From Gemmatimonadales bacterium (GTDB taxonomy: Bacteria > Gemmatimonadota > Gemmatimonadetes > Gemmatimonadales > GWC2-71-9), in NCBI GenBank assembly GCA_965249575.1, contig OZ252244.1, forward strand, positions 1,312,001-1,376,000: a stretch of 64,000 bases of DNA. Reading direction: 5' to 3'. Position numbers and translations under genes: made by a program. The notes beneath the pieces were generated by a model, which made no database searches, was not told the origin of the DNA, and saw only the letters and a list, made by a program, of their open reading frames with translations. Positions within the stretch are counted from its first letter, which is position 1. Each line of letters begins with the position of its first letter. Shown here piece after piece: positions 29,480 through 40,559 of the stretch.

Positions 29480-29735
29480 GGTCCATCCACGGCTTGACCC
29501 CCTGAATGGGTACAAAAGGGGACTGACGTACTGAGCGCTTCTCCCGCTCTCACTGGCAGCGGCATGTATTCGGGTCGCCTGTCTCGTCGCCGCGCGCAGC
29601 AGAAGAATTCGAGGGGTAGCCGGTTCGATCTCCTGGTACCTCTACCCGTTCAAGGATCACCCACTGCGGCCGGTGTTTCAACCCGTGTGGGCCCTGACGC
29701 CGTCCCTGGCCGCAGAAGGGGATCAAGCACCCGGC

Positions 29736-29763
29736 TAAGGTTTCTCTGGCGAGGGGCCGATCA
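29736..29763 (+). promoter_or_regulatory. Putative sigma-28 (FliA-type) promoter
   Basis: TAAGGTTT-N12-GCCGATCA versus consensus TAAAGTTT-N11-GCCGATAA, directly upstream of the HDOD gene. Confidence 0.5.
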
Positions 29764-29807
29764 GTGCATTGTCGCTCCTGTCCTTATCGAGAAGGGATCG
29801 GTCGTCC

Positions 29808-30665
29808 GTGGCGCAGTTCATCAGTGAGTTCCTGGACGTCCTAGCGAAAGGGGATGACCTTCCCACGCTCCCGATTGCCGTGTTGGAGCTTCACGCCGCG
29901 TTGGACGACGACCTCGCGAGCGACAGCAAGGTCGCCGAAATCATCAACCGCGACCCCCCACTGGCGACCCGGCTCCTACGTCTCGCGAATTCAGCCGCAT
30001 TTAACCGGGGAACGCCGGTTGGGGAAGTCCGCGGTGCGCTTCAGCTCCTCGGACTCCGACAGGTCCGCGCGCTGAGCGTCGCGTTGGCCGTCGTCAGCGC
30101 GTTCTCCACCCGCAAGGGCCGGCTGGACCATGAATCGTTCTGGCAGCACAGCGCCGGGGTGGCGTTTGCAGCGCGGGAGCTGGCGCGGTGCGTCGGCTAT
30201 TCGGAAAGCTCACCGGAACAGCTCTATGTGGGTGGCCTCCTACACGATGTGGGGTTGCTGCTGCTGGATCAGTATTTCCCGGACAGGCTATGGTTGCTCG
30301 TGGAAACGGCCGAAGCCGATGACGAGGCCCTCTGGAGAGTGGAGCAAGAGTTCCTGGGCACGGATCATGGCGAGATAGCTGGGCTGCTACTCGGTCGCTG
30401 GTCGCTGCCGGCGCCCATCGTGTCCATGGTCGCAGCGCACCATCATCCGAGAACGGCCCCGGTGGAGCTGCGCGACGCCAGCTGGTTCATCTACGCCGCC
30501 GAGATCCTCTGCAGTGGACTGGCCACACCCCTGCGAATCGAGCAGCTGAGTCACGCTCGCGCGTCCACCGTCCTGGACGCGGTGCGTTCCGCCAACTACG
30601 ACGTGGAACCCCTTCTGGCGGAAATAGCGCTCGTGGCCGACGAGACCGCGGCGATGATCGGGTGA
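29808..30665 (+). CDS. HDOD domain protein
   Basis: LPTLP, DPPLATRLLRLANSA, FWQHS, GLLHDVG, DHGEIAGLL..WSLP. Confidence 0.9.
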   Translation: MAQFISEFLDVLAKGDDLPTLPIAVLELHAALDDDLASDSKVAEIINRDPPLATRLLRLANSAAFNRGTPVGEVRGALQLLGLRQVRALSVALAVVSAFSTRKGRLDHESFWQHSAGVAFAARELARCVGYSESSPEQLYVGGLLHDVGLLLLDQYFPDRLWLLVETAEADDEALWRVEQEFLGTDHGEIAGLLLGRWSLPAPIVSMVAAHHHPRTAPVELRDASWFIYAAEILCSGLATPLRIEQLSHARASTVLDAVRSANYDVEPLLAEIALVADETAAMIG

Positions 30666-30724
30666 CGGGTGGCATGCTAGACTGCCGTCGTTGGATTGCA
30701 GCCGGTCGGTTGCGCCGCAAGCAT

Positions 30725-31209
30725 TCAACTGTATTGCATCGGCTCGAAACCGAGGTACTTCCGGAGCAACGCAATTTGTCCGATGTGATACGACTCGTGC
30801 TGCAGGAGAAACGCCGCACCTCCGAGCGGAGTCCGATCCTCGATGGGAAACGAATGGCCTCCGGGCGGAGTGCTTGCTCCACGGTGAGTGCTTCGAGTCG
30901 GGCGACTAGATCGTCCGATACCGGACCCCATGCCGAAGCGATGTCGGACATCGAGGGAGGATCCGACATATCCTCCACGTTTCGCACTTTCGCCAGCGAA
31001 GCGCCAAACGGGTTGGACAACACGCCACCTATCAGCCCCGTGAGGTAGTACCTGGCATCGACGACGTGCGCCGCCAGGAAGACCACGTTGTTCGTCCGAC
31101 CGTTCGGTCGTCTTGCTGCCGCCGCGTCGTCGAGACCTTCGGTGCTGTTCGGGAACAACCGCCGATTCAGCTTTGCAATCTCGATTAGTGGCGCAACCGA
31201 TTCGATCAT
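30725..31209 (-). CDS. DinB family protein (frameshift near 30845)
   Basis: NNVVFLAAHVVDARYY, then FPIED...FLLQHESYHIGQIALLRK in another frame. Confidence 0.75.
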
Positions 31210-31506
31210 CGGCCATCCTCCATCTCAGGCTACCCGTTAGCCACGGCGGGGCGGCCGGGAGACGCTGGGACCATTCGCGCCGCCGGCACGAAGACCTCAA
31301 CGATGCTGCAGCCGCTAACAATCGTCCAGACACCGACTGGCTGCACGTCCCCGAAAGGGGACAGAGCAGCCCGCCGTGCACAGCGGTGCTCGCGTAAATC
31401 CCTTTTGTACAAACGGTTACACATCCGTAGGTCGAGGCATGCAGGTTGCTCATGACCAGCGTGGGCGGATCCTCGCCCGCACGCTCACATGCTGCTGGAG
31501 GCGACC

Positions 31507-32055
31507 ATGGCGCGAGTCCTGGCAACCATCGCACTGCTCCTGGCTTTCACGACTACGCTTGCGTCAGCCCAGGGACGTGGACGGAGCAGCGCCGTCCCTG
31601 TCGAGAAGTGTCGCGGGTTCTGGCTCGGTGTTGGTGCCGGCGGTGGCTGGGAGGATGTGGAATCGGCTTTCGGCAACTTCGGCCGCGGGGGATCCGCGTA
31701 CCTGCGAATGGGTGGCACCGTGAATCAGCACCTGTTAGTCGGGGGTGAAGCGCTCGTCTGGTTCCGTGAGAGCCGCGGCCGGGAGATCGATCGCGCGAAC
31801 GTGACGATTACCTCCCTCGTGTATCCGATACGTTCTGGCGGGTGGTTCCTGAAGGGCGGCTTTGGCGCGGCCTCCTTCGGCGTAAACGGAGGGGACAGCT
31901 CGGGAATTGGGGCCACGATCGGCACGGGGTTCGACTTCCGTATGGGTCGTGATAGTAACTTCTACCTCACTCCCAACGTCGATCTCCTGGTACAGCTGTT
32001 CGAGGGAGAAAGCAACACGTCCATGGTGTTTACCCTCGGCGCGACCTGGCACTAG
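31507..32055 (+). CDS. Outer-membrane beta-barrel-like protein
   Basis: Signal peptide, alternating beta-strands, terminal LGATWH. Confidence 0.7.
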   Translation: MARVLATIALLLAFTTTLASAQGRGRSSAVPVEKCRGFWLGVGAGGGWEDVESAFGNFGRGGSAYLRMGGTVNQHLLVGGEALVWFRESRGREIDRANVTITSLVYPIRSGGWFLKGGFGAASFGVNGGDSSGIGATIGTGFDFRMGRDSNFYLTPNVDLLVQLFEGESNTSMVFTLGATWH

Positions 32056-32136
32056 GGCGGGATCAGACCATTTCAGCGGGACAATCAAAGCCAGGCGACG
32101 AGCGTCGCCGCGACCGGCTCCCAACATCTGGAGGCA

Positions 32137-32565
32137 ATGATGAGTGCGTTTCGGAGAGCTTCACTACCCCTGATCGTCGCGGCGGTCGGTGGTTGCTATC
32201 ATGCCACGATCGAGACGGGGCTGGTGCCGTCCGAGCAGGTGGTCGAGGATAAGTGGGCAGATGGGTGGGTGCTGGGACTCGTCCCGCCCGAGGCGGTCGA
32301 GACAGCCTCCCGATGCCCAAATGGTGTCGCGAGAATCGAGACCCGCCTCAGTTTCCTGAACCAGCTAGTAGGAGGTCTCACGTTCGGGATTTACACGCCC
32401 ATGGTCATCAAGGTGACCTGCGCGGCTGGGGTGTCCGCAGCGGCCAGTGGGGAAGCGGGAATTGAGGTTAGCGAGGGCGCGACAATGCGGCAGAAGCAGC
32501 AGGCGCTCCGGCTGGCTGCGGATCTCGCGAGCGCCACCGCCGAACCCGTTACCGTGAGATTCTGA
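32137..32565 (+). CDS. Bor/Iss family lipoprotein
   Basis: Lipobox VGGC; CPNGVARIET.LSFLN..GIYTP..VTC. Confidence 0.8.
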   Translation: MMSAFRRASLPLIVAAVGGCYHATIETGLVPSEQVVEDKWADGWVLGLVPPEAVETASRCPNGVARIETRLSFLNQLVGGLTFGIYTPMVIKVTCAAGVSAAASGEAGIEVSEGATMRQKQQALRLAADLASATAEPVTVRF

Positions 32566-32612
32566 GCGTCGATCCCGGCAGCCCGTTAGGCCGGCGGGGC
32601 CACGGGGCGCGA

Positions 32613-32879
32613 CTAGCTGAAACGCACGGCGGCGCGGGCCCGCGCCTTGGCCGCCTCGACCTCGCGGTCCCGCGGCGGCGCCTGCGTCACCAGGGAATCG
32701 AGCAGGCGTTTCGCAACCCGTGACACGTCCTCCACCGCATCGTCAAAAGCCGCTTCATTCGCCTTGGATGGCTTGGTGGAGCCGCTCAGCTTCCGAACGA
32801 ATTGAACGGCGGACGCGCGGATCTCTTCATCGGTCGCCGGCGGATCGAAGTTGAATAGCGTCTTGATGTTTCTGCACAT
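32613..32879 (-). CDS. DUF2277 family protein
   Basis: MCRNIKTLFNFDPPATDEEIRASAVQFVRKLSG. Confidence 0.85.
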   Translation of the reverse strand: MCRNIKTLFNFDPPATDEEIRASAVQFVRKLSGSTKPSKANEAAFDDAVEDVSRVAKRLLDSLVTQAPPRDREVEAAKARARAAVRFS

Positions 32880-33086
32880 TGCACTCTCGTTGCCAACGGG
32901 TGTGGGCGGACCTACCGTCGATAATACTTTCGCGAATTCCCGCCTGCGCATGCGCCGCGGCCGATTCGTCACTGATCGGATCTTGGCTCGAACGAGTTCC
33001 AGGATGGTTCTCCGAAATCCGCCGACGACGCCTTCTACCTTCCCCAGCAAATTGATGCGTGCGAGAATGCTAGGAAAGGGGGTGGA

Positions 33087-34421
33087 ATGACCGATCGAAA
33101 TTCCGACACCGGCGGTCGCCGGACCATCGGCATCTGGACGTGCATTGCCCTGGTGATGGGCAATATGATCGGGTCAGGCATTTTTCTCCTGCCCGCTGCA
33201 CTCGCTCCTTACGGCAGCATCAGCATTCTCGGCTGGATGTTCACGGCGACCGGGGCCACACTGCTTGCACTCGTCTTCGCCCGCGTGAGCCGCATCGTCC
33301 CCCTAGCGGGTGGCCCTTACGCATACACCCGACGTGGATTCGGCGATTTCGCAGGCTTTCTGATGGCGTGGGGCTATTGGATCTCCATCATGACGGGAAA
33401 CGCTGCCATTGCCGTGGCTCTTGTCAGCTACTTGACCCCGTTCTGGCCAGCGCTCGCCAGCAATCAAGTCCTTGCCGGGGGATTAGCCGTCGCCTGCATT
33501 TGGATCCTGAGTTGGGTCAACAGCCTGGGTGTCGAGCGGGCCGGATACGTGCAGGTCGTCACAACCGTGCTCAAGATCCTCCCGCTGATCGCGCTGGGCA
33601 CGTTCGGATTCCTGTACTTCGATTGGCAGAACTTCACACCGTTCAACGTCAGCGGCGACAGCAATTTCTCCGCGGTCACGGCAACGGCGGCGCTCACGCT
33701 CTGGGCCTTTGTCGGTCTGGAGTCCGCCACCGTTCCCGCCGGCGACGTTTCCAACCCGGAACGGGTCATCTCGCGGGCAACAATATTCGGCACACTCGCT
33801 GCCGCCACGATTTACGTATTGTCGACCGCGGCGATCATGGGAATCCTCCCAAACGCCAGCCTCAGCACCTCCACGGCGCCGTTCGCCGACGCCGCCGCCA
33901 AGGTGTGGGGTACGTGGGCTGGTAAGGCCGTAGCAGTTGGCGCGGTCGTGTCTTGCTTCGGGACGCTCAACGGCTGGATTCTCAATCAGGGACAGGTGCC
34001 CCTAGCTGCCGCGCGCGACGGACTGTTGCCCCGAGTGTTCGGTCGATTAAATGGCAATGGTGCGCCCGGGGTGGGGATCGTCATTTCCAGCTTGCTCGTG
34101 TCGCTGCTGATCGGCACGAACTACACCAGGGGCTTGGTCGCACTGTTCACCTTCGCCATTCTCCTTTCAACGCTCACCGCCCTCGTCCCCTACGCATTCA
34201 CCGCCGCGGCCGAGCTCATGATCTTTGTGAACGAGCGTGAGCGGTTCAGCGGCCAGCGCCTCGCTGGGTCGTCGGTCATCGCGTCGGTCGCGTTCCTCTA
34301 CTCGATGTGGGCGATTGCCGGCGCCGGGCAGGAAGTGGTTTTCTGGGGGTTCCTGCTCCTGCTCGGGGGCCTGCCCATCTACGTCGCCGTCCGGTGGGCC
34401 GAGCCCAAGGAGCCGGGTTAG
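33087..34421 (+). CDS. APC family amino acid/polyamine permease
   Basis: GNMIGSGIFLLP, GGPYAY, LWAFVGLES; ~12 TM. Confidence 0.9.
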   Translation: MTDRNSDTGGRRTIGIWTCIALVMGNMIGSGIFLLPAALAPYGSISILGWMFTATGATLLALVFARVSRIVPLAGGPYAYTRRGFGDFAGFLMAWGYWISIMTGNAAIAVALVSYLTPFWPALASNQVLAGGLAVACIWILSWVNSLGVERAGYVQVVTTVLKILPLIALGTFGFLYFDWQNFTPFNVSGDSNFSAVTATAALTLWAFVGLESATVPAGDVSNPERVISRATIFGTLAAATIYVLSTAAIMGILPNASLSTSTAPFADAAAKVWGTWAGKAVAVGAVVSCFGTLNGWILNQGQVPLAAARDGLLPRVFGRLNGNGAPGVGIVISSLLVSLLIGTNYTRGLVALFTFAILLSTLTALVPYAFTAAAELMIFVNERERFSGQRLAGSSVIASVAFLYSMWAIAGAGQEVVFWGFLLLLGGLPIYVAVRWAEPKEPG

Positions 34422-34504
34422 TTCTACCCTGACCCCCTGTGCGGCCTTGCAGTGAAATGCTCGGCACTGCCAATTTCTATCGAACCGGTCACGTTTGAGG
34501 TGTG

Positions 34505-36648
34505 ATGGCCGAACGATCGTTTGCCAAGGAAGTGCGGTCCCTGAGGCTCGGTGCGGGCGAGATGTTCCGCGGGGAGGGGATCCTCGCGGTAACCAAGGCA
34601 TTGCTCCAATCCGGGGTGGCCTACGTCGGTGGATACCAGGGCGCGCCCATCTCGCACCTCATGGACGTGTTCTCGGATGCGCAGGACCTGCTCGACGAGC
34701 TTGGGGTGCACTTCGAGGCTTCGGCGAGTGAGGCGACCGCCGCCGCCATGTTGGCCGCTTCCATCAATTACCCCCTCCGGGGTGCCGTCACGTGGAAATC
34801 GACGGTCGGCACCAACGTCGCATCGGACGCGCTCTCCAATCTCGCTTCCGCTGGGGTCGAGGGCGGCGCCTTGATCGTGCTGGGCGAGGATTACGGCGAG
34901 GGGGCCAGCATCATGCAGGAGCGTACGCACGCGTTTGCGATGAAATCGCAGATGTGGCTCCTGGACCCGCGGCCGAACCTGCCCAGCATTACCCGCGCAG
35001 TAGAGCACGGGTTCGAATTGTCGGAGGCCAGTAATACGCCCGTCATGCTCGAGCTCCGCATTCGGGCCTGCCACGTCTACGGGCGTTTCGTCGCCAAGGA
35101 CAACCGCCCGCCACCGCTTACGGCCAGAGAGGCATTGCAACGCCCCAGTCGGGCCGCGGATCGCATCATCCTCCCGCCGTACACGTTCGCGCAGGAGCAA
35201 GACAAGGTCGCCCGACGCTGGCCCGCCGCAGTCCGGTTCATAGAGCAACGGGGCCTCAACGAGCGCTTCGGGGACGACGGACAGGATGTGGGCATTATCC
35301 TGCAGGGAGGTCTCTACAACTCCGTCGTGCGAGCGCTCCCAACTGCTCGGCCTCTCAGACGTGTTCGGCACGAGCCGCGTGCCCCTTGTATGTGCTGAAT
35401 GTCACCTACCCCCTCGTCGAGAGCGAGATCACCCGGTTCTGTTCAGGCAAACGCGCCGTACTGATAGTCGAAGAGGGTCAGCCGGATTTTATCGAACAGG
35501 CGCTGAACCATCACGCGAGGAGAGCAAGGCTTCAGGCAACGATCGTCGGTAAAGAGGTGTTACCGATGGCCGGTGAGTACACCGGCGGCGCCGTGCTGGA
35601 TGGCGTGCGGAAGTTCTTGAAGGAATGGGCGCCGGCCCTGATTGCAGGAGACGACAAGACAGGCAACGGCCCCGCCGGGCCGTTGGTCGAGCTCAAGGGG
35701 GCCGTCCCGGCCCGACCGCCGGGCCTCTGCACGGGGTGCCCCGAGCGCCCGCTGTTCACCGCCGTCAAGCTCCTCGAACGCGACCTCGGCCCGGTCCACA
35801 TCAGCTCCGATATTGGCTGCCACTCCTTCTCGACCCTGCCTCCTTTCAATCTCGGGAGCTCGATCATGGGGTACGGTTTGGGGCCGGCGGCAGCATCGGC
35901 GTTTGGCAGCTCCACCCAGCATCGAGCACTCACGATCATGGGCGACGGTGGTTTCTGGCACAATGGGTTGAGCAGCGGCATCACCAACGCCGTCTTCAAT
36001 AACGACGACGGCGTCGTCGTCGTCGTCGTGGACAACAGTTACTCCGCGGCAACTGGCGGCCAGTACATTCCATCGTCCAGGGCCGACGTGAGCACTCGGA
36101 CTGCTCGCCATACCATTCAAAACGCGCTGAAGGGCGTCGGTGTGAAGTGGGTCCGCACGGTTCGCACGTATCACCTCGCGACCATGCTCAAGACCCTGCG
36201 GCAGGCGATGACGTCTCCCGTTCGCGGTCCGAAGGTCATCGTCGCCGAAGGCGAGTGCCAACTCAACCGCCAGCGGCGCGTGCGACCGTTGATTGCCAAG
36301 ACCATCGACGAGGGAAGACGGGTCGTGAAGGAACGTTTCGGCGTCGACGCCGAGACGTGTACCGGCGATCACTCGTGTGTCCGGCTGTCCGGCTGTCCCT
36401 CACTCACTATGAAACCCAATTCAGATCCACTCCGCCAGGACCCCGTTGCATACGTCGACAACAGCTGTGTGGGTTGCGGCGTGTGTGGTACGGTGGCGCA
36501 CGTCGCGGCGCTCTGCCCTTCATTCTATCGGGCGGATATCATCTTCAATCCGAACCCATGGGATCGTATGGTCGCCGCTACGCGCCGGGCGGCCATCGGC
36601 GCCCTCCAGCGCCGAGCCGACCGATCCCGCGCTGCTCGGGCTGTCTGA
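34505..36648 (+). CDS. iorA: Indolepyruvate:ferredoxin oxidoreductase alpha subunit (two frameshifts at ~35340 and ~35385)
   Basis: GYQGAP, WKSTVGTNVASD, RPPGLCTGCPER, MGDGGFWHNG, C-terminal ferredoxin Cys motifs. Confidence 0.8.
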
Positions 36649-36656
36649 GGTCGTCG

Positions 36657-37520
36657 GTGACCGAGCCTCCCGCTCGTCCGATCTCCATCGCCATCTCGGC
36701 GATGGGTGGCCAGGGCGGCGGCGTGCTTTCGAGCTGGATTGTCGACGTCGCGGAACGCAACGGTTTTCTCGCCCAAGCGACGTCGGTGCCGGGTGTCGCT
36801 CAGCGGACGGGCGCCACGATCTACTACATCGAGCTATTCTCGAAGGGGCCGGCCACGGAGGGGGGGCGCGACCCGGTTTTCGCGTTGATGCCAGTGCCGG
36901 GCGAAGTGGATGTCGTCATCGCATCTGAGCTCATGGAGGCCGGGCGAGCGGTGCTCCGCGGGTTGGTCGATGTCGAGCGGACGGCGATCGTGGCGTCATC
37001 CCACCGCGAGTATGCCGTGACCGAAAAAATGGCATTGGGCGACGGCATCGCCGACAGCGGTCGCGTGCTCGCCTCCGTGACGGCGGCCGCTCGACGCAGC
37101 ACCATTTTCGACATGGCCGAGCTCTCAACCTCGACCGACAGCGTCATTAGCTCGGTACTGTTCGGGGCCTTGGCGGGGGCAGGGTGTCTTCCTTTCACTC
37201 GCCAGCAGTACGAAGATGCCATCAAACAGAGTGGGATCGCCGTCGATCGTAGCATGGCTGGGTTCGCAGCCGGATACGCACGCGCGGCGGGAGGCACGTC
37301 GGAATCCAGGCACACCATTGAAGCCCAGCCGGAGACACTGCCTGGAGGTCGTCGGGCAACCGAGATCCGCCAGCGGATAGAAAGAGAATTTGCGGCCGCC
37401 ACCCGGTCGTTGGTGCGAGAGGGCGTGCGCCGCCTGGCGGACTATCAGGACCTCGAGTACGCCGAGGCCTATTTGGACCGGCTACGCGCGATTCGTGAGC
37501 TCGACACCGGGGGCGCGTTG
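36657..37520 (+). CDS. iorB: Indolepyruvate oxidoreductase beta-subunit family protein, truncated
   Basis: [42 protein letters not shown]; breaks into unrelated sequence at ~37520. Confidence 0.8.
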
Positions 37521-37522
37521 GC

Positions 37523-37783
37523 GTGGCGGCAATGCCGATGGCGCATGTGGCCCGTGCCCTCGAGGTCGACGAGAGCCGGGGACTCATGAAGGTGATTGTG
37601 GACATGGATTCACAACAGATCCTCGGCGCGGCGATCCTGGGTCTCGAGGGAGGGGAAATCATGTCGATGCTGCAGATCGCCATGATGGGAAAGCTGCCCT
37701 ACACCGCGCTGCGAGACGGGATCTTCGCTCATCCAACGCTCGCCGAATCGCTCAACAACCTCTTCAAGAACGTCGAGAGCTAG
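37523..37783 (+). pseudogene. C-terminal dimerisation-domain fragment of pyridine nucleotide-disulfide oxidoreductase (mercuric-reductase-like family)
   Basis: [41 protein letters not shown]. Confidence 0.8.
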
Positions 37784-37789
37784 TTCCGG

Positions 37790-37975
37790 CTAGGCGCGCT
37801 GCTCGCGCCAAAGGCCGAACGCCAGCGCGGCCGGCACGACGGTCGCCAACACACTCGGCCACATCGGGACTGCTCCACCTCCAATCGATACCTCAACGGC
37901 GAACACGAGGCGCAGCAGATGGGCGACCGCCACGGCGGTCAGTAGCACGATCGTAACGAGCGATATGGGTTTCAT
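37790..37975 (-). CDS. Small 2-TM hypothetical protein
   Basis: AGGAG RBS; 61 aa hydrophobic. Confidence 0.65.
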   Translation of the reverse strand: MKPISLVTIVLLTAVAVAHLLRLVFAVEVSIGGGAVPMWPSVLATVVPAALAFGLWREQRA

Positions 37976-38005
37976 GAGTCCTCCTGTCCCAGGAACGGTC
38001 GTGGT

Positions 38006-39913
38006 TCATGAGCCCGTGCGTATCCCCACCTTTCCCCTCACGTGCCGGTCCAAGAATTCCAGCATCTCGGGCATCCAGATCAACCGGCTCGCTCCACTAC
38101 CAATGTTCTCGATTGCCCGATATCGAACGGGCTTGTAGTATCGCGCCACTTCGTCCACGAATCGCCGCATGGGACGATTCTCCTTCGTCCCAATGACCAG
38201 TAGGGGCGTGTCGACTTCGGCCGCGTAGAAGGAGGGGGAGCTGCGGCGATATACCTCACGGCTCGTATCCAGAGGACCCAGCTCGAACTCGAGCAGCTTG
38301 ATCTCGGCCTCGGCGAAGTATTCCTCAACCGCCCAAAGCCAGTCGCCATATCCCGAGCGAGTCGGCACAGCCGCACGAAACACACCTGGCGCAAACACGG
38401 AGGCGGCCATGCTCATGAACCCGCCGTAGCTCGTGCCGGTGGCCGCCACGCGGTCGGCGTTGACCTCAGGTAAGGTGCGTAAGAACTCGACCCCGGCCAC
38501 GACGTCTTCCATGTCGCACCGGCCCCAGCAATTCTCGCTCAACTTCTCGAAGTCGAGCCCATATCCCGAGCTCCCCCGTACGTTAGGGAGTAGGACGGCA
38601 TATCCGTGCTTCACGAAATAGTGTGATTCCCACTGGCGCCTCCAGCTGTCGTCGAACTGTGAGGTAGGCCCGCCGTGGATCCACACGATCGCGGGGTGGC
38701 CGTTCGGGGGTGGGGGTGACGCCGGGCGGAAGAGATAGGCGTGGATAGTCAAGCCGTCGCTGCTCGGATAGCTGACCTTTTCCGAAGCAAACAACGCGTC
38801 GTGCAGAGACGAGTCCGCTACGGATCGGGTGAGGCGGCTTACCTTGCCATCGTTCACCCCAACGACGAAGAGATCCGTCGGGTGCCGCGGCGTATCCAAT
38901 GTGTAGGCGATAGACCGTCCGTCCGGGGACCACGTGTGATTCGCCACCACGCCCACCTCCGGCGCAACCAGCGTGCGGGGCTCTCCCCCGTCTACGCCAA
39001 TGATTCGAAGGACTCCGGTCCCATTCAGGTTGGACGTGTACGCGACGGTACCGCCGTCCGGTGACCATTGCGCGTAACCCCTGAACGGTTTCTGTGCGTT
39101 CTGGTCAGCCGGCTCCGGAGCGAGCGGCCGCGGCTCACCCCCTTCCATAGGCACCAGCCACCAGTTGAGCCACCCGCTTCGGTGCGAACGAAACAGTACG
39201 AGATCGCCCCTTGGGGACACTTGTGCGGGACCAAACTCCTGGCCGCGTCGGTAATCGAAGAAATCCGTATCCCGCACGATTACCCTCGAGCCCGATCCGT
39301 CGGCGGCATTCATCGCGATGACGTCGTGATCGACCCAGCTTTCGTTCAGCCGGACGAAGACGATTGTTCGACCGTCGGGTGTCCAAGTCGGGTACACGTC
39401 ATACTGAGAATCGCCGCTGAGTCGCTGAACGTCCCCGTTGGGCACGTCTACAGTGTAGATGTCCGGGTTGCCCCGGAGCGCCGCGGCGAACGCGATGCGC
39501 CGCCCGTCGGGCGCCCAGCTCCACGAGCTAATCCAGGCCCCGAGGTGCGTCAACCGGCGCGCGCGACGATCGGCGACCGACCAGAGCCACAGATCTTGTG
39601 CGCGCCCCGAGCCAGCAACATACCCCATCCACTTGCCGTCGGACGAGAACGCGACGCGCGAGGCTCCGCGCAACGGCAGCGCTTCCGGAGCGCCCCCCGA
39701 CAGCCCTACGCTCCACAGGGTGTCCCGCCCGCGGACCACTAAACCGGTGCCGTCGGGCGCCCAGGTCGGCACCCCGCCGTCGGTGAGCGAGCTGACCGAG
39801 ACGATCTCCTCGAGCGTGAACTCTCCGGGCGCTCGCGTCTGGGCTTCGACCACCGTCGAAACGGCCAGCGCCGCGGCGGCGGTCAAGATACCCAACGAAC
39901 CCGTTGGCTTCAT
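38006..39913 (-). CDS. S9 family peptidase with PD40/TolB-like propeller, exported
   Basis: Signal peptide, repeated W(A/S/T)PDG motifs, IHGGP, NVRGSSGYG, GTSYGG. Confidence 0.9.
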   Translation of the reverse strand: MKPTGSLGILTAAAALAVSTVVEAQTRAPGEFTLEEIVSVSSLTDGGVPTWAPDGTGLVVRGRDTLWSVGLSGGAPEALPLRGASRVAFSSDGKWMGYVAGSGRAQDLWLWSVADRRARRLTHLGAWISSWSWAPDGRRIAFAAALRGNPDIYTVDVPNGDVQRLSGDSQYDVYPTWTPDGRTIVFVRLNESWVDHDVIAMNAADGSGSRVIVRDTDFFDYRRGQEFGPAQVSPRGDLVLFRSHRSGWLNWWLVPMEGGEPRPLAPEPADQNAQKPFRGYAQWSPDGGTVAYTSNLNGTGVLRIIGVDGGEPRTLVAPEVGVVANHTWSPDGRSIAYTLDTPRHPTDLFVVGVNDGKVSRLTRSVADSSLHDALFASEKVSYPSSDGLTIHAYLFRPASPPPPNGHPAIVWIHGGPTSQFDDSWRRQWESHYFVKHGYAVLLPNVRGSSGYGLDFEKLSENCWGRCDMEDVVAGVEFLRTLPEVNADRVAATGTSYGGFMSMAASVFAPGVFRAAVPTRSGYGDWLWAVEEYFAEAEIKLLEFELGPLDTSREVYRRSSPSFYAAEVDTPLLVIGTKENRPMRRFVDEVARYYKPVRYRAIENIGSGASRLIWMPEMLEFLDRHVRGKVGIRTGS

Positions 39914-39972
39914 GTCGACCCTCCGAGTTGATCGTTCACCTCTTACAAACTGCACCGCCGCGAGTAACCTGA

Positions 39973-40476
39973 CTACTGCCGGTACGGCCTAGGCAACACG
40001 GCGATCGCCTCGATCTCCAGCATCAACCTCGGACCACCCAAAGCCGCCACCGCGACGACCGTGCTGGCCGGCGGACCGTCGAGGTTCAGGTAGTCGGTAC
40101 GGACCTCGCGCAGCACCGGAAAGTCGCGAATGTCCGTCAGATACGTGGTCATTTTCAGTACGTCGCTGAAAGTCGCACCGACACTCGTCAAAATGCGCTC
40201 AAGATTTTCATACACTTGGGTGGCTTGAGCTCGGAAGTCTCCAACGCCCACGATCTGACCTGTACTGTCCACCGCGACTTGGCCCGAGATGTACAGGGTG
40301 CGTCCGTCGGGAGAAACCGCGGCCTGGCTGTAGCCTCGGGTCGACGGACGGATGAACCGGGCGTGTCCTTCCTGGGCATGGAGTGTTCTCACGTTCGGCG
40401 CGAGGGCCAGCAGCATGGCACCGTAAAGCGAGGCACGACCCAGCAACATGATACGAGACGTGAACGGGAAAGACAT
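39973..40476 (-). CDS. RidA family protein with signal peptide
   Basis: YSQA, LYISGQV, PASTVVAVAAL, EIEAIAV; N-terminal hydrophobic leader ending LHA-Q. Confidence 0.85.
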   Translation of the reverse strand: MSFPFTSRIMLLGRASLYGAMLLALAPNVRTLHAQEGHARFIRPSTRGYSQAAVSPDGRTLYISGQVAVDSTGQIVGVGDFRAQATQVYENLERILTSVGATFSDVLKMTTYLTDIRDFPVLREVRTDYLNLDGPPASTVVAVAALGGPRLMLEIEAIAVLPRPYRQ

Positions 40477-40559
40477 GAATGGGACTCCTTTCAGCGACTG
40501 AGGATCTCTGGCAGGGCTAGCGAAATGGAAGCCTAACCGCGCGCGGACGCCCCTGAGGC

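Noticed and set aside
34505..36648. Programmed frameshifting or true pseudogenisation of iorA, DinB and Yip1 genes
   Set aside because: Shifts fall mostly in short homopolymers with intact coding sequence on both sides; sequencing error is more parsimonious
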